Source: Octopus vulgaris (Eukaryota). Taken from it: 64,000 nt of DNA. This document shows, piece by piece, positions 53,555 to 64,000 of this stretch. Numbering within the stretch: the first letter of the stretch is position 1; the number at the start of each line of letters is the position of its first letter. Below the pieces are notes generated by a model, which saw only the letters and a program-made list of their open reading frames with translations, did not search any database and had not been told where the DNA came from. A program made the translations under genes and the position numbers. The stretch is from the NCBI GenBank assembly GCA_951406725.2, contig OX597822.1:24862001-24926000 (forward strand), in the 5' to 3' direction.

Positions 53555-53747
53555 GAGAGCTAAAATAAGTATTCCAAGCGTGACTACTTATATTCTTCTC
53601 GTATTCAGATAATCAAAGTCGTTTAGGTGTAATTAATTTGATGGATGTTTACCGCTCAGCATTTCTAAGTACGTCAAGCGATCGTATAGAGTCTCCGTCG
53701 TTGGCTCGTAAGAAATACGGAACGCACGCTTCACAAATTTGTATATA

Positions 53748-54688
53748 CAGCAATCCCTCGACTATCGCGGGTGTTACGTTCCAAAACCCAACCCGCGATA
53801 GGTGAAAATCCGCGAAGTAGAAACAGTGCTGTACAGTATATTTTTTAAAATCATTTTTATAATTTGTATATATTATAGGCGTAGGAGTGGCTGTGTGGTA
53901 AGTAGCTTCCTTACGAATCGCATGGTTCCGAGTACAGTCCCACTGCGTGGCACCTTGGGCAAGTATCTTCTACTATAGCCTCGGGCCGAACAAAGCCTTC
54001 TGAGTGGACTTGGTAGACGGAAACTGAAAGAAGCCTGTCGTATATATGTATATATATGTATGTGTGTGTAAATGTTTGTGTGTCTGTGTTTGTCACCCCA
54101 GCATCGCTTGACAACCGATGCTGGTGTGTTTACATCCTCGTAACTTAGCGGTTCGACAAAAGTGACCGATAGAATAATTACTAGGTTTCAAAAGAATAAG
54201 TCCTGGGGTCGATTTGCTCGATTAAAGGCGGTGCTCCAGCATGGCCACAGTCAAATGACTAAAACAAGTAAAAGAGTAAAAGAATTTTTATATATCTATT
54301 TTATTATAAATGCAAAGCAACAGCACAGACTCGTCTTCCGACTTTCGTTTTCCATGCAGCTTGTGCGATTCTCTGTATACTCATCTACGGTACACTACCT
54401 ATTTTCTTTTAATATATTTTAATTAATGTGTTTTACAGTACAGTAGTGTATTGTATTTTTATCTATTGCTTTATGAATTTTTAGGCATGAAAATGTTAAT
54501 TTTTATCACAGAAATAATTAAAGTCTAAAAGAAAAAAACTAAAAAAAACAAAACATAAATACCTATCGGCCGCAGAAACCCGCGATATATAGAGGAGTCT
54601 GCGATATAAATTTACATATATTAGTTAGAAAAATCCACAATGTAGTGAGGGCGCGATAGGTGAACCGTGATACGGCGAGTGATTACTG
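53748..54688. mobile_element. Tc1/mariner (pogo/Tigger-like) MITE interrupted by a SINE
   Basis: TA-CAGCAATCCCTCG ... CGAGTGATTACTG-TA; subterminal cgcgataggtgaa repeats at both ends. Confidence 0.8.
53878..54282 (+). mobile_element. OR2-like CORE SINE nested in the Tigger-like MITE
   Basis: Full head-to-tail homology with 46128-46583. Confidence 0.88.
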
Positions 54689-54693
54689 TAGAG

Positions 54694-54941
54694 CAGTGGT
54701 TCCCAAAGTGGGCAGTTCTGCCCTCCTGGGGGCGGTGGAAAGATCCAGGGGTAGTTGAAGAAAAGCGGGATGATAATGGGGTGGCCAAAATGGGGTGATA
54801 GATGTATGAAAAAAATGTTGGTAGGATAATAAGGTTTATGTGAAATGAAGTTTTTTGAATTTGCAGAAAGTGGTATATATATGTGGTGGGGAGGGTGAGG
54901 GGGCGCTAGGAATATGGCCCGAAAATGTTTGGGAACCACTG
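54694..54941. mobile_element. hAT (Charlie-like) MITE with 8-bp TSD
   Basis: TIR CAGTGGTTCCCAAA / TTTGGGAACCACTG; TSD ctgtagag at 54686-54693 and 54942-54949. Confidence 0.9.
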
Positions 54942-55104
54942 CTGTAGAGGGATTTTTGTTTTATCTGTTGCCTATTAACTGTTTCAGTCATTAATAGGAC
55001 ACCCCCTTGAGCAATTTTAGTCGAAACTAATCGATTCTATTTCTTATTTCTATTTAAAGTCTGGTACTTATTCTAGCGATCACTTTTGCCAGACCGCTAG
55101 GTTA

Positions 55105-55364
55105 AATAAATGTTCCTTCTCGAGCCATGCCATGTTCATAAGGCCCGGTTTTCCGATTTCAGTGGCGTAGAAATTCTCCACCTGGACGGGACGCCGGTCC
55201 GTCGCAGGATCACTCATTTTTGCCAGCTGAGTGGACTGGAGCAAGGTGAAAATGAAGCATTTTACTCAAGAACACAACGCATCGCCCGGTCCAGAAATCG
55301 AAACCACAACCTTACGATCATGAGTTCAACACCCTAACTACTACTAAGCCACGCGCCTCCACAC
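55105..55364 (-). mobile_element. tRNA-derived SINE with 13-bp TSD, nested in an older OR2-like SINE (~54978-55430)
   Basis: TSD gaccgctaggtta at 55092-55104 and 55365-55377; the flanks are contiguous OR2-like sequence. Confidence 0.8.
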
Positions 55365-55425
55365 GACCGCTAGGTTACAAGGACATAAACACACCAAGGC
55401 CAGTTGTAAAGCGGGCTGGAGGGAC

Positions 55426-55464
<39 letters not shown>

Positions 55465-55936
55465 TTTTACATTAATAATTTCTAACACGCTCTGTCTTAA
55501 TAATCAGATGACCTGTTGTGTGCTGAAGATTGACAGACGATAGCTTTTTGTGTATTAGAATTGACAGACAGCAGCACACCCTGCGTAGATTCGATGACCT
55601 ATCGACAAAACTACAAGTGTATTAATTAATACTTTATATGTTTTTCTCATTCACTGAACCCAAATACTTGGTTCACTTCCTTTTCAGTGGACTCCAAAGT
55701 TCATTCTACAGAAAACGAACTAAATCAACTGTCTGAAATAACATACAAATCTTGTTAAGCGGAATAACTCACAGCCTTTTACATTCTCATCACCTGCTGC
55801 TAAACATGGCTTTCAACGATTTCTAAATAAACAAATCTTACTCGGACGGGCGTAGATTGTTCTTTTGTTTTGGATTTGTTTTGTCTTAGAAAATCAGTTA
55901 AGGGCATTTAATTTATTTATATTATATATGATCACT

Positions 55937-56376
55937 AAGGCGGTGTGCGGACAGAATCGTTAGCACGCCGAGCAAAATGCTTAGGCGGCGAGCTGGCAGA
56001 AACGTTAGCACGCCGTGCGAAATGCGTAGCCGTATTTCGTCTGCAGTTACGTTCTGAGTTCAAATTCCGCCGAGGTCGACTTTGCCTTTCATCCTTTCGG
56101 GGTCGATAAATTAAGTACCAGTTACGCACTGGGGTCGATATAATCGACTTAATCTGTTTGTCTCTCCTTGTTTGTCCTCTCTGTGTTTAGCCCCTTGTGG
56201 GTAGTAAAGAAATAGGCATTTCGTCCGTCTCTACGTTCCGAGTTCAAACTCCACCGAGGTCGACTTTGTCTTTCATCCTTTCGGGATCGATAAAATAGGT
56301 ACCACTTGAGCACGGGGGTTGATATAATTGACTTACCCTCTCCCTCAAAATTGTTAGCCTTGTGCCAAAATTTGAA
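55937..56376 (+). mobile_element. SINE multimer with a duplicated head (gaggtcgactttgcc family)
   Basis: Two heads (55937, 55984), a body, the junction aaagaaataggcatttcgtc, then an older-subfamily body. Confidence 0.8.
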
Positions 56377-56821
56377 ATTATTATATATGTTCACTGGCAC
56401 TGGAAGACTACAAAGATAAGATTTCAGCAAACAGGACCCGCTATCTGGTTTCTATTTACGGTCATGTTAAATTTAATCAACTGAAAATATTTAAGGCTTT
56501 TGCAAACGTTGGACTTGCCCCTTTTGCTATCTTAATAAAGTATAGGGCTGTTGATTATTGCAAAAATGAAACTATTACTTACGTGGGAACGCGAGTCTAA
56601 TAAATTAACAGTGAGCTTACATTTCAGGATATTTCAAACGCCCTTTAGAAATTTATGAGTGTATTTTACAATCTTATGTTTCTTCGATATAAATCAGACA
56701 TGTTGTGTCATAGTCACGTGATTTAATTTTATAATGAGAACAGATTGAGAAAAGTATTTATTGATACATTCACCACAGACCATTTCCGACATAGGAGTAA
56801 GTTCGAAAGAAAATAGCTACA

Positions 56822-56886
<65 letters not shown>

Positions 56887-57264
56887 GCACACACACACAC
56901 ACGCACACACACTCGCACTCTTATATAATTACATTTACATAGATATATGAAACATATATTTACCTATAGATGCATGCATATACACACATACATACATACA
57001 TACATACATACATACATACATACATACATACATACATACATACATACATACACATACATACATACATACATACATACATACGTACGTACGTACATACGTA
57101 TATACCTGCATACATACGTACATACGTATATACATACATACATATATACATACAAATTTACACACATTTGTGGGGTAATTTAGAAGTTCCTTTAGCATTT
57201 CAATGATATACAAAATGAAAATGCTAAAGAGACTTTTGAATTACCTGTGTGTATGTGTATGTGT

Positions 57265-57306
<42 letters not shown>

Positions 57307-58300
57307 TATACACACACGCGCTCGCACATGTACGTGTGTGTGCGTGTGTATGGCAATGTCTTTTATGAATTGGACCAAATTAACATTCCAATCAGAGGAT
57401 AATAAAGATGAACTATCTTTTCAATGAAAAAGTTAGAAAACACAATTATCAATTAGTAAAATGCCATCGCGTAGATAAACTTCATATTTCTTCCAACTCT
57501 TTGATTCCGAGATTCTCTCAGATTACGAATTATAGAATTATCTTCACGCGCTTGTATTTTATATTTTTTATTTTGTATTTAATACGTTTCGTGAAATAGA
57601 AGGCTAATCTAAAGGGTAAAAGGAAACGTAGATATCTTAAGTGGAGGAAGTGATGGAAATTAAGTTGACATTAAGACAGATCGGTGTTTAGAGAGAAAGG
57701 CAATCTATAGCTTACTCCCCTGTCCTACACACACACAACATTGTACATTATCGTTACCGAGATAATATATGTTTTCTTTTTTAGCTATTTCTATTCCTTT
57801 CAGATAAGATGGATGGCTAAACCTTATATAGCATCAATCTCCGGGCAGAACTTTCCTTGTTGAATATCTAAAGGTTTTCTAAAACACCCTACCACAGCCC
57901 GTTTTCTTTTTCATTTTTTCTCGGTACACTTAAACACCAGTTTAATCAAATATAGTGCTGATAAAGATAATAATGATGATAAATGTTTCCGCAAATCATT
58001 GGATCTTATACAGGGGTTCGTTGTTAAGTTATAATTCAGTCATAGTAAGACGGATAAGGGATGTTTTTCTCCCAGCCCACCTGTACCTACTGAACTGAAT
58101 GTCAATGCATTCTGAGATACATACCCAGAAAATATGGTACCTTATCGTATATGGTACCCCATCTACATGAAATGATTCTTTTATCTTTCATCTTGTTTCA
58201 GTTATTAGACTGCGACCATGAGAGCGCTTTTGAAAGATAGAAATACTCCAGACGAAAAGCGGCTTCGCTACCTTCAGATTATTGAACTGATCGTTGATAT

Positions 58301-58712
58301 GGCGAGGTGGCAGAAACGTTAGCACGCCGGGCGAATTGCTTAGCAGTATTTCGTCTGCCGTTACGTTCTGAGTTCAAATTCCGCTGAGGTCGACTTTGCC
58401 TTTCATCCTTTCGGGGTCGATAAATTAAGTACCAGTTACGCACTGGGGTCGATATAATCGACTTGATCCGTTTGTCTGTCCTTGTTTGTTCTCTCTGTGT
58501 TTAGCCCCTTGTGGGTAGTAAAGAAATAAGTATTTCGTCTGCCGCTACGTTCTGAGTTCAAATTCCGCCGAGGTTCACTTTGCCTTTCATCCTTTCGGGG
58601 TCGATTAAATAAGTACCAGTTACGCACTGGAGTCGATATAATCGACTTGATTCGTGTGTCTGTCCTTGTTTGTCTTCTCTGTGTTTAGCCCCTTGTGGGT
58701 TGTAAAGAAATA
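58301..58712 (+). mobile_element. Head-to-tail SINE dimer
   Basis: One head, two bodies, junction aaagaaataagtatttcgtc at ~58520-58539. Confidence 0.85.
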
Positions 58713-58999
58713 AATATAAATGAACTCCATCTTTAGAAACAAACGAAAACGCCTCTTCCTGGTGGTCACTCGGCTTCTTCTATCTTTAATCTTTTACTTG
58801 CTTCAGTCTCTGGTCTGCGGCCATGCTGAAGCATTGCCTTTTTTTCTTCAAAAGTTTGATATTTATTCTAACGTTCTCTTTCTACCGAACCGCTAAGTTA
58901 CGGACACGTAAACAAACAAATACCAGTTTTCAAGAGGTGGTGTGGGGGAAAGGCACGTCCATAAACACAAAGACACACATTCAAACGTTCATGCGTACA

Positions 59000-59080
<81 letters not shown>

Positions 59081-59399
59081 GTATGTGTACATGCGTATAT
59101 ATACATAAATATATATATATGTATATGTGTTGATGTGCTTACGTCCCCGTAACTTAACGGTTCGGCAAAAGAGACCGATGGAATAAGTACTAGGCTTACA
59201 AAGAATAAGTTCTGGGGTCAATTTGTTCGGCTAAAAGGCGGTGCTCCAGCATGGCCGCCGTCAGATGACTGCTTGTATGTATGTATGTATGTGTGTATGT
59301 ATGTATGCATGTATGTATGTATGTATGTATGTATGTATTATGCGTGTATGTATGTATGTATGTATGTATGATTTATGTATGTATGTATGTATTACGTAT

Positions 59400-59974
59400 G
59401 TAAACGTGCATGTTCGTATGCTTTGTTTTATGCATGTCTTCTCATGCATATCTAAACATGCTCACAGAACTAAATGTTAAAATTCTGGAAAGTTTTACAG
59501 ATTTTTACAGTTCCAGTGATGGATTGGATCTGTAGCCTTCGAATCAGCTTTCTCCTTTCCGAAGCCTAATTTCTCAAGATTGTTATTTAGGCAATGTGTT
59601 ACATATCCCAGGGCCCAAATAATTACAAGTTTAAACCTGAAATTGTAATCTGGATAGAGCAACTGCAGATTTCTCAATAGTTTAGCATAGGTGTTATTTT
59701 TCACTTTCTTCAACTTCATGTTGACATCCGCTGGGCAGCTAGTTTTCACAACTGTACACAGTTTCTTTTCTCCATCTCAAATTTTATCAGGTGTACTGTG
59801 TTTACATTTTATTGAAGTTCCCACTCGGACATTCCACCAAGAATCCTTTTTATTATGAGTGGCTATGGCTTCCACCGTACTGTGGGTTCTTATTTCTTTT
59901 TCTTCGGGGTTATCCTTTCCACGGATCTCGTTATATTGTGTCCTAGCTACAACATTATGTCTCAACGGTAGATA

Positions 59975-59978
<4 letters not shown>
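59400..59978 (-). mobile_element. R4/Dong-type non-LTR retrotransposon 3' fragment (restriction-like endonuclease domain), decayed
   Basis: YYLPLRHNVVA...WWNV...KCKHSTPDKI*...TSCPADVN..K..N.Y..LLRNLQLLYPDYNF...VIIWALG matches the RH(N/D)...PD...K..KY...IGALG architecture of REL domains. Contains a stop and a frameshift. Confidence 0.8.
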
Positions 59979-60005
<27 letters not shown>

Positions 60006-60048
60006 TGTATGTATGTATGTATGTATGTATGTATGTATGTATGTGTGT

Positions 60049-60089
<41 letters not shown>

Positions 60090-60091
60090 TA

Positions 60092-60169
<78 letters not shown>

Positions 60170-61124
60170 TGTATGTCATTGTTCAGTTTTATTTCAAGAT
60201 TTGTAGCCAATAGTTTTCTAACCTAGATCCAAGTCTCCTTCTTTGGAATTTGAACATCAACAACAGGTTATGTATGTATGTATGTATGTATGTATGTATG
60301 TATGTATGTATGTATGTATGTATGTATGTGCAGAATTGTATGCTTTGTTTTATGTATGTATTCTCACACATTTAGTTGCATGTCTGTGTGTAAGCTGAAA
60401 AATAAAATAAAAAATAAGAAATGTTTTACGGAACTTGCCGAACAAATACTTTCAGTTTTCCGAGACCAAAAAACGATGAATTGCCTTGATGGAAGGATCT
60501 AATTTAAATCGGTTTGTGTCACAGGACGAAGAGCTTTATCAGGCGAGTTGGAAACAGAAGAGAAAGAGATGAAGGCTTAGATACAACACTGCTCATACTC
60601 ACCCACAAGATAAAAAAAAAAGCAAAAGTCGAGAAGGTCACGGTTGAAATGTGTTTGATCATAAACTTGCTCAGATGAGGTAGGTACTACGGGTAAGAAC
60701 CAACAGCAGCAAAACATTGAAAATGAAAACGAAACAAAAGCTATCGTATAAATAAAACTTGTTAAAATATTTGTATGTTCCCCTTTAGTTTAGGTCATAC
60801 CTCTTCTTAGCGTCGCTCAGTTGGCGACATTTGTTTTGTTTTTGTTTGTTTTATAATTTTTTGTGGTTTCAACGATATAAAGACAATAAAGAACTAAATA
60901 AATAAGTAAAAGAAAAATAATACAAAATCTAAACTAACTACTTCCGGTTGTTTCATAGACGCGGATGTCCTCCGTGAAATATCGCCTGTTGCTCCCCCAT
61001 CACACCGACCCTCCTCTCTCCCTCTATCACTACCAACCTCTCTCTCTCTCTCTCTCTCGCGCACACACACACACAAATGTATATATATATATATATCTAC
61101 AACATTATTTTTCCTTTATACTTT

Positions 61125-61356
61125 AACTTGTTTCATTTGACTACGACCACGCTGGAGCAGCACCTCGAAGTGGTTTTAGTCGAATAAATCGACTCCAGGA
61201 CTTATTCTATCAGTCTCTTTTGCTGAACCGCCAATTTAAGGGAACGTAAACATACCAGTACCGGTTGTCAAACGGTGATAACGGGGACAGACACACGTCA
61301 ATACATACTTACATGAATGCATGCATCCATCCAACCATACATACATATATACATGT

Positions 61357-61395
<39 letters not shown>

Positions 61396-61548
61396 GTTAT
61401 ATACGACGGGCTTCTGACAAACCCATTCGCAAGGCTTTGGTTGGCCCGATGCTATAGTAGAAGACACTTGGCCAAGGTGCTACACAGTGGGATGCAACCT
61501 AGAGACAGGTGGTTGGGAAGCAAGCTTCTCACCACACAGTCACGCCTC
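61125..61548 (-). mobile_element. OR2-like CORE SINE, diverged
   Basis: Family homology. Confidence 0.7.
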
Positions 61549-61583
61549 CACACAACACACACACACACGCACACACACATATA

Positions 61584-61714
61584 CATGGTCTGATCAATAA
61601 GTATTCGCTCTGTTGCCACAATAATGAAGGTAAAGCACGCAGAGTTCAAGGTCAATCTGTGCCATGCGGCTTCACTTAGCGTGATTTAGCTTCGTTACTA
61701 TTGATCAGACCTCG
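61584..61714. mobile_element. Mariner-type mini-MITE (131 bp)
   Basis: TA-catggtctgatcaataagta ... tactattgatcagacctcg-TA; TIR consensus TACGAGGTCTGATCAATAAGTA. Confidence 0.7.
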
Positions 61715-61770
61715 TATATAGGTAGATATAGTTATATTACAAATGTACATACATACATACATACAGACAG

Positions 61771-61801
<31 letters not shown>

Positions 61802-61803
61802 TA

Positions 61804-61881
<78 letters not shown>

Positions 61882-61900
61882 CATACATGCATACACACAC

Positions 61901-61993
<93 letters not shown>

Positions 61994-62107
61994 CCTGCTC
62001 GCTTATCCAGCGGAGTGGCGTCATTGGAAGGCTAAAACAATGCGAAGCGCATTGTGACCCGCGATGTGTAGCAACATCTGATAGCCTGGTCGGTCGCGGT
62101 GATCACG

Positions 62108-62139
<32 letters not shown>

Positions 62140-62624
62140 CGCACACACATATATATTTATACGTACAAACACGCGTATAACACACACACACATACATGTT
62201 TGTGTGTGCATATGAATTTGTGTATATCTCCGCTCTTTCTCTTTTCTGACCAACTTTTGACTTCAGCTGAACTTTAAAGCAATAATATTCCAGCTTTTGT
62301 CTATCAAGTACCACTTCGAGCAGCAGACGCTGGTTTTTTTTTTATATATTTATATATATTTTTATTTTCGGTATATATTTTTTTTTCATTTTGTGTGTTT
62401 TGTTTTTTTCCTACTCACTTCACTATCCTCAGATGTGTTCCGATAAAACTGTTTAAGTGTATGCGTAAATGTATATTCATGTATATGATGTGTGTGCGCG
62501 TATGCATGTAAATATATCTATGTATATATGCTATGTACTTGTGTGTATCTATGTATGTATGTCAGTGTACACACACTCGTTTTGAAAGAGAGCGAGAGAG
62601 TGAGTGTATGTATGGAAATATGTG

Positions 62625-62670
<46 letters not shown>

Positions 62671-62719
62671 GCTACAAACAATGAGGCCAACGTTTTTATG
62701 TAGAGGAAACCCCAGGACG

Positions 62720-62775
<56 letters not shown>

Positions 62776-62812
62776 CTCATCTACCTATCTATATCTCTCT
62801 CTATATGTGTAT

Positions 62813-62875
<63 letters not shown>

Positions 62876-62928
62876 CATACAAACACATACATGTACATAC
62901 ATACATACACACACATATACATACATAC

Positions 62929-62960
<32 letters not shown>

Positions 62961-62989
62961 ATATATATATATATACATATATACGCCGG

Positions 62990-63151
62990 CCGGGCTTCTT
63001 TCAGTTTCCGTCTACCAAATCCACTCACAAGGCTTTGGTCGGCTCGAGGCTATAGTAGAAGACACTTGCCCAAGGCGCCACGCAGTGGGACTGAACCCGG
63101 AACCATGTGGTTGGTAAGCAAGCTACTTACCACACAGCCACTGCTGCGCCT
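62990..63151 (-). mobile_element. OR2-like SINE 5' half
   Basis: Family homology; tRNA head at ~63085-63151. Confidence 0.8.
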
Positions 63152-63419
63152 ATATCGTATATCGCAAATACAATAAAATTAACTTTATGTAAAGCTTTTA
63201 GCTAAGAGCCCAGTAAAATTACATAATTTGTAGTTTAGGGCGATAATGTATTAATATATATAATATATAAAGATGTCAAAGGGAAACTGATGTTCGAAAC
63301 TATACTTCTACACTTAAACACTTTCAGAAGTTATAAACATGAGCAGACTGTATATTCCTGTCTCGAGTCCCAGACTCATTAGATTGGTCACACGGTTTCC
63401 ATAGTATATAAGAGACCGA

Positions 63420-63606
63420 GATCACATTTCTCCAGAACGGTCTGTCGGTCCATCGCAGGGTTGCACATTTACAGCTGAGTCGACTGGAATAACGTGAAAT
63501 GGAATGTTTTGCTCGAAAACACAACGCAGTACCCGGTCTGGTGATCGACACCCCGGTATTACGATTGCGAGTGCAACAACCTAACCAATAGGCCAGATTG
63601 CCTCCA
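63420..63606 (-). mobile_element. tRNA-derived SINE related to 34148-34457 / 55105-55364
   Basis: catttacagctgagtcgactgga..gaaatg..tgttttgctc..aacacaacgc..cctaaccaataggcca..gcctccac. Confidence 0.65.
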
Positions 63607-64000
63607 CATTCGGTATTTGCGTGTAGTATCCGTCTCCTAGACGCTGAGTTTACTCGAAAGCTAGCTATAAGCTCCAATGCATTGCTCGAAGTCGATCGAT
63701 GCAAATAAGAAAACAAAAATTTCACAAGCAAACTATATACATTTACTACGCAATCGACTCGTTTACTTTGCGCTAATTGAGCATACAATGTCAGCAATGT
63801 GCAGAAGAACTGGAAGTTGTAATTCTATTTCTCTACAACTGTGACCGATAAAATAAAGCGAAATCCGCAGAAGCTCATTATTTGCATCCATCAGAGGATA
63901 AAAAACAAAATGAAATATAACAAGCTGTTTACTCAAAAAAATGGCTACTTGTGAACATCCGGTTTCCGCTTAACCATTTTAAGAAGCCAAACTGGTGTAT

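Overview
AT-rich, microsatellite-saturated animal genomic DNA. The tRNA-derived SINE families suggest an octopus (coleoid cephalopod) genome; this is inference. Almost all ORFs in the supplied track are microsatellite or SINE artefacts. The only well-supported protein-coding signal is part of one large minus-strand gene. Four phase-compatible exons (40876-40461, 26237-25887, 25451-23762, ~21667-21218) splice into about 969 codons of Ser/Arg/Gly-rich, probably disordered sequence ending in a short ordered segment (...DEMLDSFAIDVPK|, phase 0). I tentatively read this as a long alternative N-terminus of an FHOD-type formin whose remaining exons lie outside the window (unverified). The introns contain many SINEs (several with exact TSDs, some as head-to-tail multimers), CR1/L2, RTE and R4/Dong-type LINE fragments and an intact non-autonomous Helitron. 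They also hold a Penelope-type repeat with a minimal hammerhead-like motif, a tight cluster of adjacent and nested DNA-transposon MITEs at 52.7-55.4 kb, a near-identical local 276-bp duplication, and a CpG-depleted domain at about 4.7-15.5 kb. No CRISPR, rRNA or intact tRNA gene was seen.
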